A DNA stretch of 64,000 nucleotides from an uncultured Bacteroidota bacterium (GTDB taxonomy: Bacteria; Bacteroidota; Bacteroidia; AKYH767-A; OLB10). Every line of letters begins with the position of its first letter. Position 1 is the first letter of the stretch. Location: NCBI GenBank assembly GCA_903847585.1, contig CAINEC010000007.1:8112-72111 (forward strand), given 5' to 3'. The notes below the pieces were generated by a model. It had not been told where the DNA came from and searched no databases. It saw only the letters and a list, made by a program, of their open reading frames with translations. Positions 49,310-57,921 of this stretch are shown one piece after another. The translations under genes and the position numbers were made by a program.

Positions 49310-50092
49310 TTATCGGTTAAATAACACAAATGCGGCTAACGTTCCTAAACTGATGATTAAAGGAGCTATTTTGTAGAAGTTGTCTGACTGTGATACTTTA
49401 TCTTTCACAGGTGGTACATATAATATGTCGTTTGAATGTAAATAGTAATAAGGAGAGTAAAACAAATCTCTTCTTGTTAAGTCAATAGGAATATAAATTT
49501 TTTCTCCCTTAACTTCACGGATTAGCATTACTTCTTTTCTATTTCCAAAAATGGATAAGTCGCCAGCCAATCCAATTGCTTCTGGCAATGTTAGTTTTTC
49601 ATTTGTTACTGTGTATACTCCAGGATGCGTCACTTCACCCAATAAAGTTACTTTGAAATTTTCAAAATATATCCTTACACTCGGTTGCTGTAAATATTTT
49701 TCTAATTGCTTTTGGATGTAGTCTTTTGCTTGAATAGTTGACAATCCGACTACTTTAATTTTGCCTACTACCGGCATATCGATATTTCCTTCAGCATCTA
49801 CCAGATATCCAACATTCGGACGAGTAGAGTAACTATCACCTACGGTAGGCCCTTCGGATTTACTAAATACATTAAAAAAGGTTGTTGCTTCAGGGTTTAA
49901 ACTGCTTACATAAATTGATAAGATATCGTAAGGCTGTATCACCGATACATAATGATCTTCAATAAATTTTTGCTTGCTAACTACTGCTGTGTCCTTCGAT
50001 TCTTGAAAGTAAGTTACCTCAAGTACGTTCCTGCATGAGCCTAAAAACAATAATAAAGTAAGTGCAATAAAAGATCTTGTAATCTTTTTCAT
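49310..50092 (-). CDS. wza: Polysaccharide export outer-membrane lipoprotein (Wza-like, Poly_export plus SLBB)
   Basis: Lipobox LFLGSC, Poly_export-like PYDILSIYV, and SLBB-like GEVTHPGVYTV. First gene of the locus. Confidence 0.8.
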   Translation of the reverse strand: MKKITRSFIALTLLLFLGSCRNVLEVTYFQESKDTAVVSKQKFIEDHYVSVIQPYDILSIYVSSLNPEATTFFNVFSKSEGPTVGDSYSTRPNVGYLVDAEGNIDMPVVGKIKVVGLSTIQAKDYIQKQLEKYLQQPSVRIYFENFKVTLLGEVTHPGVYTVTNEKLTLPEAIGLAGDLSIFGNRKEVMLIREVKGEKIYIPIDLTRRDLFYSPYYYLHSNDILYVPPVKDKVSQSDNFYKIAPLIISLGTLAAFVLFNR

Positions 50093-50288
50093 AATTGTGT
50101 GTGGTTTGATTGAATATGCCCTTTCGGGTGGACTTTATACTGAAAATTTTCTACGATGTTACATAAAATCTAAACATCTTCGAATAAACTTTATGTTGAC
50201 TAAAATGTTAATTTAATCTGACGAAACTCATTTGCGTAGGTTAGTCGTAACTATTATTTTAGCAAAGTTAATTAGACCCGTTATTCCG

Positions 50289-51239
50289 ATGGATATAAAT
50301 GTAAAAATGGATGATTTATCCGAAAAAGAAAATGCCTTCAACGACAGTATCCAAGCTGGTAAAGTAATCGAACCCAAAGATTGGATGCCTGAAAAGTATC
50401 GTAAGCAATTATTGAGAATGATGTCACAACATGCTCATTCAGAGGTAGTTGGGATGCTACCAGAAGGTAATTGGATTTCAAGAGCTCCTTCATTAGCACG
50501 TAAGGCTATCTTAATCGCCAAGGTTCAAGATGAGGCTGGCCATGGGTTGTACATCTACAGCGCAGCAGAAACTTTAGGTATGGATCGCTCAGAAATGATT
50601 GATCAACTTTTGTCCGGCAAAGCAAAATATTCCTCCATATTCAATTACCCGACTTTAACATGGGCGGATATTGGAGCCATCGGTTGGTTGGTAGACGGAG
50701 CAGCAATCGTGAATCAAACGGTGTTGGCTAAGTGTTCTTACGGACCTTACTCACGTGCGATGTTACGTATTTGTAGAGAAGAGAATTTTCATAATAAACA
50801 AGGTTATCAGATTTTAGCTTATCTAATGCGTGGTACTCAAGAGCAAAAAGACATGGCTCAGGATGCTATGAATCGTTGGTGGTGGCCTGCTCTGATGATG
50901 TTCGGTCCTTCTGATAAGGAGTCGCCAAACAGCGCAGATCTTTTGAAATGGAAGGTGAAGTTGTTTACAAATGACGATTTACGTCAGCGATTTATTGATA
51001 GAACAGTGGAGCAAGCTCAGGCTATCGGTTTAAAAATTCCAGATGATAAACTGAAATGGAATGAGGAAACTCGCCATTATGATTTCGGAGAAATAAACTG
51101 GGATGAATTCTTCCAAGTAATCAACGGTAATGGTCCTTGTAATAAGTTGCGTTTGAAACAACGTAATGATGCACATGCAAACGGACAGTGGGTGCGCGAC
51201 GCAGCTAAAGCATATGCAGCAAAGAAAAAAGTGAATTAA
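50289..51239 (+). CDS. paaA: 1,2-phenylacetyl-CoA epoxidase, catalytic subunit A
   Basis: Near-collinear with E. coli PaaA as I recall it: [54 protein letters not shown]. The start could be 50289 or 50307. Confidence 0.92.
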   Translation: MDINVKMDDLSEKENAFNDSIQAGKVIEPKDWMPEKYRKQLLRMMSQHAHSEVVGMLPEGNWISRAPSLARKAILIAKVQDEAGHGLYIYSAAETLGMDRSEMIDQLLSGKAKYSSIFNYPTLTWADIGAIGWLVDGAAIVNQTVLAKCSYGPYSRAMLRICREENFHNKQGYQILAYLMRGTQEQKDMAQDAMNRWWWPALMMFGPSDKESPNSADLLKWKVKLFTNDDLRQRFIDRTVEQAQAIGLKIPDDKLKWNEETRHYDFGEINWDEFFQVINGNGPCNKLRLKQRNDAHANGQWVRDAAKAYAAKKKVN

Positions 51240-51260
51240 TAATTTAATTGATTAGTTATA

Positions 51261-51551
51261 ATGGAATCAAATCATCAATGGCCTACGTGGGAAGTGTTCA
51301 CACAAAAGAAACAAGGTGCACCTCATGAGCATGCAGGAAGCGTTCACGCTCCTGATGGTGAAATTGCTCTTTTAAATGCAAGAGATGTTTATAGTAGAAG
51401 ACAAGAAGGAGTTAATATTTGGGTTGTTCCAAGTGATGCTATCATCGCTTCTTCTCCGGAAGATGCAGGAGCATTCTTCGATCCTGCAAATGATAAAATG
51501 TATCGCTCTCCAAACTTTTTCAAAACAGCCGACGGGTTAAAACAAATATGA
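51261..51551 (+). CDS. paaB: 1,2-phenylacetyl-CoA epoxidase subunit B
   Basis: 96 aa with WEVF...KQGAPHEHAGSVHA and NIWVVP motifs, positioned after paaA. Confidence 0.9.
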   Translation: MESNHQWPTWEVFTQKKQGAPHEHAGSVHAPDGEIALLNARDVYSRRQEGVNIWVVPSDAIIASSPEDAGAFFDPANDKMYRSPNFFKTADGLKQI

Positions 51552-52318
51552 TGACGGATTTAAATAAGGCGTTAATTGATTTTTGTCTACGTATCGCTGA
51601 TAATTCATTAATACATGCGCAACGAATTTCTGAGTGGACTGGTCATGGGCCTATCCTCGAAGAAGATATTGCGATGAGTAACGTAGCACTAGATCTAATT
51701 GGTCAGTCACGTGGCTTTTATACTTATGCCGCACAGATAGAAGGCGATGGGAAAACAGAAGATTTTTATGCGTTTCGTAGAGGAGAAAGAGAGTTTAGAA
51801 ATAAATTAATGGTAGAGCAACCCGATAATAAAGATTTCGGATTTACTATGATGAAGTTGTTTTTAAATGGCTGTTTCGATTATCTGATGTTTCGTGATTT
51901 AATGAAGAGCACCGATGAAACAATTTCAGGACTTGCAGCTAAATCAATTAAGGAGGTTACTTATCACGTTCGACACGCAGGCGATTGGATAGTTCGTTTA
52001 GGTGATGGCACAGAAGAAAGTCATCAGCGTATTCAAAATTCCTTAAACGAGTTATGGCCATATACGAATGAGCTTTTTGAGCAAGATAGTGTAGATGCTT
52101 TATTAATCAGCAACGGAATTGCATTCGATAAAGAAAAGTTTCGTGACGAATGGACAAAAATGGTACATGAAATTTTTGCAAAAGCAACATTGCCTGTTCC
52201 TGAAAATAATACTTATTCCCCAACTGGTGGTTTGAAAGGAATACATAGTGAGCATTTAGGTTATCTTTTAGCTGAAATGCAGTACCTGCCTCGAACATAT
52301 CCTGACGCCGTATGGTAA
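51548..52318 (+). CDS. paaC: 1,2-phenylacetyl-CoA epoxidase subunit C
   Basis: Ferritin-like 256-aa protein (LRIADNSLIHAQRISEW). 4-nt overlap with paaB. Confidence 0.88.
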   Translation: MMTDLNKALIDFCLRIADNSLIHAQRISEWTGHGPILEEDIAMSNVALDLIGQSRGFYTYAAQIEGDGKTEDFYAFRRGEREFRNKLMVEQPDNKDFGFTMMKLFLNGCFDYLMFRDLMKSTDETISGLAAKSIKEVTYHVRHAGDWIVRLGDGTEESHQRIQNSLNELWPYTNELFEQDSVDALLISNGIAFDKEKFRDEWTKMVHEIFAKATLPVPENNTYSPTGGLKGIHSEHLGYLLAEMQYLPRTYPDAVW

Positions 52319-52806
52319 CTTTAGAATCCAGTGAAATCTGGGACTTGTTAAATTCGATTCCTGATCCTGAGGTTCCCGCTATTAGCATTGTTGAATTAGG
52401 CGTTGTTCGAGATGTGCGAATTACTGATTCAAATGTCGAAGTTGATATTACCCCAACTTATTCTGGTTGCCCTGCATTAAAGAGTATGGAGGAGCAAATA
52501 AGAGCAAAACTTTTATTGGTTGGTTTAACTCCAATTATTAAAACGATTTATAAACCGGCATGGACAACCGATTGGATGAGCGATGAAACCAAGGAAAAGT
52601 TAAGAGCCTATGGAATTGCACCTCCTGAGAAACTGAGTTTCGAAAATTTACATCCTTTTGCCAATAATGATAAAGGTCCAGTGGCTTGTCCTTTTTGTAG
52701 CTCAACAGACACCTCACTTACCAGCCGATTTGGTTCCACTGCTTGCAAAGCGTTACACTTTTGTAATGGTTGCAGACAACCATTTGAGCAGTTCAAATGT
52801 CATTGA
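52312..52806 (+). CDS. paaD: Phenylacetate-CoA oxygenase subunit D (SUF-like Fe-S assembly domain plus C-terminal Cys cluster)
   Basis: DPEVPAISIVELGVVRDV, then CPFC...C..C, typical of PaaD. Confidence 0.88.
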   Translation: MVTLESSEIWDLLNSIPDPEVPAISIVELGVVRDVRITDSNVEVDITPTYSGCPALKSMEEQIRAKLLLVGLTPIIKTIYKPAWTTDWMSDETKEKLRAYGIAPPEKLSFENLHPFANNDKGPVACPFCSSTDTSLTSRFGSTACKALHFCNGCRQPFEQFKCH

Positions 52807-52873
52807 TACTTCATTCATAAATATAGCTTAACGAAAGCCTTTTTTAGTTTTCTTTGTAGTAAGAAATTTAAAG

Positions 52874-53650
52874 ATGAGCTTAATAACTGCTACGATTGAA
52901 AATGGGGTAGGACGAATCAAGTTAAACCGCCCGGAAAAGTTTAATAGTTTTAATCGCGAAATGGCTTTGCAAATGCAAGCTGCAATCGACAATTTTTCTA
53001 CTGATAATACAGTTAGATGCATCTTAGTTGAAGCTGAAGGTAAAGCGTTTTGTGCTGGTCAGGATTTATCAGAGGCTATAGCTCCTGATGGACCAGGAAT
53101 TCAAAAAATTGTTGATGAGCATTATAACCCAATCATAATTAAAATCCGTGAAGCACAGAAGCCTGTTGTAGCAGTGGTACACGGTGTTGCTGCGGGAGCA
53201 GGAGCTAACATCGCATTAGCATGTGATATCGTTTTAGCAGGAGAATCGGCATCTTTCATACAAGCATTTAGTAAAATCGGTTTAATTCCAGATAGTGGTG
53301 GAACATTCTTTTTACCGCGACTAATAGGTTCACAACGTGCTGCAGGATTAATGATGCTGGCAGATAAGGTAGGAGGTAAAGAAGCTGCAGAAATGGGAAT
53401 GGTGTATAAGTGTTTTGCTGATGATGTACTTAAATCGGAAGCAGATAAGATTTGTATTCAATTAGCGAATATGCCTACTAAAGGGATCGCCTTAACGAAA
53501 ATGTTGTTGAATCAATCAGCAACATCAGATTTAAAACAACAACTTAAGTTAGAAGAAGTGTATCAGGCACAAGCTGGTCAAACTTATGATCATAAAGAAG
53601 GAGTAAATGCCTTTCTTGAAAAGCGATTGCCTGTATTTAAAGGAGAATAA
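52874..53650 (+). CDS. paaG: Crotonase-family 2-(1,2-epoxy-1,2-dihydrophenyl)acetyl-CoA isomerase / enoyl-CoA hydratase
   Basis: Closely parallels E. coli PaaG as recalled: LNRPEKFNSFN, FCAGQDL, HGVAAGAGANIALACDIV, FSKIGLIPDSGGT, EGVNAFLEKRLPVF. Confidence 0.8.
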   Translation: MSLITATIENGVGRIKLNRPEKFNSFNREMALQMQAAIDNFSTDNTVRCILVEAEGKAFCAGQDLSEAIAPDGPGIQKIVDEHYNPIIIKIREAQKPVVAVVHGVAAGAGANIALACDIVLAGESASFIQAFSKIGLIPDSGGTFFLPRLIGSQRAAGLMMLADKVGGKEAAEMGMVYKCFADDVLKSEADKICIQLANMPTKGIALTKMLLNQSATSDLKQQLKLEEVYQAQAGQTYDHKEGVNAFLEKRLPVFKGE

Positions 53651-53651
53651 T

Positions 53652-54821
53652 ATGTTATCAGAAAAATCAATTGTTGGAGTTATCGGTGCGGGAGCAATGG
53701 GGAGTGGTATTGCACAAGTAGCAGCATCTGCTGGTCATTCTGTTTTTTTGTTTGATGCCAAAGAAGGAGCTGCCGCTAATGCAGTAAAGAAGACGGAAGC
53801 TTCATTGAATAAGCTAGTAGAGAAGGGGAAAATGTCGCTGGAGGATGTAACGGCTCTGTGTAGCCGAATTACAGTTATCGATTCATTGAGTGGATTTGCT
53901 TCTGCTGATTTAATCATAGAAGCAGTTGTTGAAATACTAGAAGTAAAAAAAGAAATATTTTCAGCTTTAGAGAAAGTGGTTAGTACTTCATGTGTACTTG
54001 CATCAAACACTTCATCGCTTTCAGTAACTTCTGTTGCTGCAGCTTGTACTAATCCTGAACGAGTTATCGGATTGCATTTTTTTAATCCAGCTCCATTAAT
54101 GCCATTGGTAGAAGTAATTCCCGCGCTTCAAACAAAAGATGGTTTAGCAGAAGATTGTAAATCTTTAATGCAGGCTTGGAAAAAAGTTCCTGTAATTGCT
54201 AAAGATACTCCTGGTTTTATTGTGAATCGTGTGGCTCGTCCTTATTATGGTGAATCGCTAAAGATTGTTGAAGAAGGAATTGCTGATATGGCGACTGTTG
54301 ATGCTGCTATGCGAGAGAAAGGAGGATTTAAAATGGGACCTTTTGAATTGATGGATTTAATTGGTAACGATATTAATTACACCGTGACAGAAACCGTTTG
54401 GAAACAGTTTTATTTTGATGCTCGTTTTCGTCCTTCTTTAATTCAGAAGAAGATGGTAGAGTCAGGAAGACTCGGAAGAAAAACAGGAATGGGGTATTAC
54501 GATTACAGTGAAAATGCTGTTAAGCCAGAAGTAAAATCAGACGATGACTTATCAAGTGAAATTGTAATTCGTGTTTTAGCAATGCTCATCAATGAAGCAG
54601 CTGATGCACTTTATTATAAAATTGCTACAGCAGAAGACATCGATTTATCAATGACGAAAGGGGTGAACTATCCCAAGGGATTACTCAAGTGGGCAGATGA
54701 AATAGGAGTAGAGAAAGTGTTATCAATCTTGGATTCACTGTATGTGGAGTATCATGATGATCGTTATCGTGCATCTGTTTTATTACGCCAAATGGTTAGA
54801 GAGAATAAATCCTTTTTTTAA
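53652..54821 (+). CDS. paaH: 3-hydroxyacyl-CoA (3-hydroxyadipyl-CoA) dehydrogenase
   Basis: VIGAGAMGSGIAQ Rossmann motif, NTSSLS and HFFNPAP. ATG at 53652 preferred over the overlapping track start at 53607. Confidence 0.85.
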   Translation: MLSEKSIVGVIGAGAMGSGIAQVAASAGHSVFLFDAKEGAAANAVKKTEASLNKLVEKGKMSLEDVTALCSRITVIDSLSGFASADLIIEAVVEILEVKKEIFSALEKVVSTSCVLASNTSSLSVTSVAAACTNPERVIGLHFFNPAPLMPLVEVIPALQTKDGLAEDCKSLMQAWKKVPVIAKDTPGFIVNRVARPYYGESLKIVEEGIADMATVDAAMREKGGFKMGPFELMDLIGNDINYTVTETVWKQFYFDARFRPSLIQKKMVESGRLGRKTGMGYYDYSENAVKPEVKSDDDLSSEIVIRVLAMLINEAADALYYKIATAEDIDLSMTKGVNYPKGLLKWADEIGVEKVLSILDSLYVEYHDDRYRASVLLRQMVRENKSFF

Positions 54822-54837
54822 TTAATAAGAATCATTG

Positions 54838-55266
54838 ATGGAAGCTAATCAAGCCAATAAAATTGTTTCAAGAATGTATGACCACGATTGGTTTAGTCAG
54901 TGGTTAGGTATTGAAGTATTAGAAGTGGCTCCTGGTTTTTGTAAATTAAAAATGAAAATCAGAAAGGAAATGCTCAACGGATTTGGTATTGCTCATGGAG
55001 GAATTACCTATTCGCTTGCCGATAGTGCTTTAGCATTTTCTTCTAACTCTCACGGTCGTCAAAGTGTATCCGTTGAAACCTCTATATCACATACTGTTTC
55101 TTTGAAAGAAGATGATGTGATTTATGCAACATCAGAAGAAAAAAGTTTAACAAATAAAATCGGAATTTATTCCATCACTGTAACGAATGAACAAGGACAA
55201 ACAGTTGCGTTGTTCAAAGGAGTAGTTTACAGAACATCAAAGGAATGGTTCCCTCAAGAAAAATAA
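54838..55266 (+). CDS. paaI: Hotdog-fold hydroxyphenylacetyl-CoA thioesterase
   Basis: NGFGIAHGGITYSLADSA, the PaaI/4HBT motif. 142 aa. Confidence 0.85.
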   Translation: MEANQANKIVSRMYDHDWFSQWLGIEVLEVAPGFCKLKMKIRKEMLNGFGIAHGGITYSLADSALAFSSNSHGRQSVSVETSISHTVSLKEDDVIYATSEEKSLTNKIGIYSITVTNEQGQTVALFKGVVYRTSKEWFPQEK

Positions 55267-55267
55267 T

Positions 55268-56476
55268 ATGATTAAGAACGCATACATAGTTAATGGTGTT
55301 AGAACACCAATCGGTAATTTTGGAGGAACGTTAGCACCTGTCCGTGCAGATGATTTAGCTGCATTAGTTTTAAGAAAGCTGGCAGAAAAAAATAATGGTG
55401 TTGATTTTTCAGATGTAGGTGATGTAATTATGGGTTGCGCTAATCAGGCTGGTGAAGACAATCGAAACATTGCTCGTATGGCTACTTTGCTTGCAGGCTT
55501 GCCAGTATCAATTCCTGGAGAAACAGTCAATCGTTTGTGTGCATCAGGATTATCAGCTATTGCTTCTGCGGGACGTTCATTGATGTTAGGAGAAGCAGAT
55601 TTAATGATTGCTGGTGGAGTAGAACATATGACTCGAGGCCCTTGGGTGATTTCTAAAACATCTACACCTTATGGTCGCGATGCACAAATGTTCGATTCGA
55701 GTTTCGGATGGCGATTTATCAATCCACTAATGAAAGAAAAGTTTGGTGTAGATGCTATGGGTGAAACAGCAGAGAATCTTGCTGTTCGTGATAGTATTTC
55801 TCGTGAGGATCAAGATCAATTTGCTTTATGGTCGCAACAGAAAGCAGTAGCCGCACAAAAGGCAGGTAAATTTGAGAATGAAATCATAGCAGTTGAAATT
55901 CCACAGCGAAAAGGAGATCCGATTTTATTTACGGCAGATGAGTTCATAAAACCTTCTACTTCTATGGAAGGTCTTGCTAAATTAAAGCCTAGTTTTCGTA
56001 AAGACGGTACCGTTACTGCTGGTAATGCCAGCGGATTAAATGATGGTGCAGCGGCAATATTACTTGCATCCGAAGAAGGTTTGAAAAAAAATAATCTAAA
56101 AGCATTAAGCAGAATTGTATCTGTTGGCATTGCAGGTGTTGAGCCTCGTATTATGGGAATCGGTCCTGTAGAAGCTGCAAATAAAGCATTAAAAAATGCA
56201 GGACTTACCTGGGATGATATGGATATTATCGAGTTAAATGAAGCATTTGCTGCTCAAAGTTTAGCATGTATTCGTAGTTGGGGATTAGCAGACAATGATA
56301 GTCGTATTAATCCGAACGGAGGTGCGATAGCGTTAGGTCATCCATTAGGAATGAGCGGAGCAAGAATAGCACTTTCTGCATCCCATCAATTAGCCGAAGG
56401 AAACAAGAAGTTTGCAATGGTGACCATGTGTATTGGTGTAGGGCAGGGGTATGCAATGATTCTTGAGCGAGCATAA
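55268..56476 (+). CDS. paaJ: 3-oxoadipyl-CoA / acetyl-CoA C-acyltransferase (thiolase)
   Basis: VNRLCASGL active-site Cys, NPNGGAIALGHPLG and CIGVGQG thiolase signatures. Confidence 0.88.
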   Translation: MIKNAYIVNGVRTPIGNFGGTLAPVRADDLAALVLRKLAEKNNGVDFSDVGDVIMGCANQAGEDNRNIARMATLLAGLPVSIPGETVNRLCASGLSAIASAGRSLMLGEADLMIAGGVEHMTRGPWVISKTSTPYGRDAQMFDSSFGWRFINPLMKEKFGVDAMGETAENLAVRDSISREDQDQFALWSQQKAVAAQKAGKFENEIIAVEIPQRKGDPILFTADEFIKPSTSMEGLAKLKPSFRKDGTVTAGNASGLNDGAAAILLASEEGLKKNNLKALSRIVSVGIAGVEPRIMGIGPVEAANKALKNAGLTWDDMDIIELNEAFAAQSLACIRSWGLADNDSRINPNGGAIALGHPLGMSGARIALSASHQLAEGNKKFAMVTMCIGVGQGYAMILERA

Positions 56477-56480
56477 AAAA

Positions 56481-56503
56481 AGAGCACCCTTTTGAGGTGC
56501 CCT
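56481..56503. terminator. Bidirectional hairpin between convergent paaJ and the histidine kinase gene
   Basis: agagcacc-cttttga-ggtgccct: GC-rich stem preceded by an A-run. Confidence 0.55.
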
Positions 56504-56520
56504 GATTTCAAATTAAACAG

Positions 56521-57666
56521 CTATCTTTTTATAAACTCGAGAGGAATTAGTTCTCGCTTATATTCATTTATTGGTAAGCTAAAGAAGAAGGTGGTGCCAG
56601 TTCCAACTTCGCTGCTGAGCCAGATATTTCCTCCATGCGCCTCAACAATTCGCTTCGCGATAGTTAGTCCAAGACCAGTACTTTTTTCTCCATTTGTACT
56701 TGCTACACTCGTTCTTTCAAATGGTAGAAATACTCTGTGAATATCATTAGACGGAATTCCTTGGCCTTGATCTTTTACTGAAATAACAACATCACTTTCT
56801 TTTCTAATCACGTTGATTTCAACATGCGTATTTCCGAACGAAAACTTAATGGCGTTTGAAATTAAATTATTTAATACTTGTTGCAAATGAATTTTATCGA
56901 AGGCTACTTGCGGAATATTATCTCCTATATTGTAATCAAGTACAATTGATTTTGCATTTGCCGTTCGGATATTATCATTAATTGATTTTTGTATGATACC
57001 TGCGATTGAATCATTCTTTAAATTAAGATTCATTTTACCAGATTCTATTTTCGAAACATCAAGTAAGTTGTTTAATAGTTCAAGCATATCTCTTCCTGAA
57101 TCATGCATCATCTGAAGCATTTCTTTCATTTCGAATGACAATGTATCGCCTAATTCATCCTCAAGAATATGTACTAACGAAATGATATTACCTATTGGAT
57201 TTCTTAAATCATGTGATGCTACTCCAAGGAAATAATTTTTCTCTTGATTAAGTTTTGCAAGCTCTGCATTTTTGATTTCCAGTTCACGCTGTTGATCGTG
57301 AAGTTTTAATAGCGTATTTACTTTGGCTTGTGTAATATCTACATCTAGTGGCTTAAATAAATAATCTATGCAGCCTTCCTGATATCCTTTAAGCATGTAT
57401 TTCTTTTCCTTGCTAATAGCAGTTACAAATAGTATAGGAGTTTTCTTCGTTCTATTTGTTTGCTTTAACATATGAGCAACTTCAAATCCATCCATTACTG
57501 GCATTTGGACATCAAGTAATATTAATGCTATATGTTCACTGAAAGCGATTTTTAAGGCTTCTTCGCCTGATGAAGCTTTTAAAATAATCCTGTTTTCATT
57601 CGCGAGTATATTCTCAAGCGAGTATAAGTTTTCAGGGCGGTCGTCTACTAGTAATATTTTATGCAT
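56521..57666 (-). CDS. Hybrid response-regulator/histidine kinase (REC - HisKA - HATPase_c, no sensor or TM domain)
   Basis: REC: ILLVDDRPEN...LLDVQMPVMDG. H-box: ASHDLRNP. N box: NLISNAIKFS. G boxes: DQGQGIP and GLGLTIAK. Confidence 0.9.
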   Translation of the reverse strand: MHKILLVDDRPENLYSLENILANENRIILKASSGEEALKIAFSEHIALILLDVQMPVMDGFEVAHMLKQTNRTKKTPILFVTAISKEKKYMLKGYQEGCIDYLFKPLDVDITQAKVNTLLKLHDQQRELEIKNAELAKLNQEKNYFLGVASHDLRNPIGNIISLVHILEDELGDTLSFEMKEMLQMMHDSGRDMLELLNNLLDVSKIESGKMNLNLKNDSIAGIIQKSINDNIRTANAKSIVLDYNIGDNIPQVAFDKIHLQQVLNNLISNAIKFSFGNTHVEINVIRKESDVVISVKDQGQGIPSNDIHRVFLPFERTSVASTNGEKSTGLGLTIAKRIVEAHGGNIWLSSEVGTGTTFFFSLPINEYKRELIPLEFIKR

Positions 57667-57921
57667 TGGTTTGAAATATTTGATGCAGTAAAAATACCCT
57701 CGCTAAAAACCATGATTTTAAAAATATGGTTGGATTCTTACATTGTGATGTTTTGAAGGAATTATGTGATATGAAAAGTGTAAGAAATACAGGGAAATCA
57801 ACTAATAATAACACTATGTAAATAGAATTTCACTTGTAAATATCTACTGCACGTAATTAAAAATCGATGTAAGATTTTAAATGATAAAGTCGAAAAAATC
57901 AATCACGCAAATGCAATAAAA

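Noticed and set aside
29364-50092. Mobile-element or genomic-island boundaries (integrase, transposase, tRNA attachment site, direct repeats) around the polysaccharide locus
   Set aside because: No integrase or transposase ORF, no tRNA gene and no flanking direct repeats were visible. The A/T-richer composition of 41-47 kb is only an impression by eye, and I could not compute it.
50093-50288. Invertible-promoter (phase-variation) inverted repeats or a JUMPstart/ops element upstream of wza
   Set aside because: Only a small ccc-gaaa-ggg hairpin (minus strand, ~50128-50137) is present. I saw no long inverted repeats, no GGCGGTAG-like ops motif and no clear TAnnTTTG box.
52828-53022. 64-aa minus-strand ORF in the paaD-paaG gap
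   Set aside because: It mostly overlaps the well-supported paaG N-terminus on the opposite strand, so it is a shadow ORF.
56492-56740. 82-aa + strand ORF after paaJ
   Set aside because: It overlaps the HATPase domain of the minus-strand histidine kinase and starts inside the inter-gene terminator hairpin. Its translation has no recognisable features.
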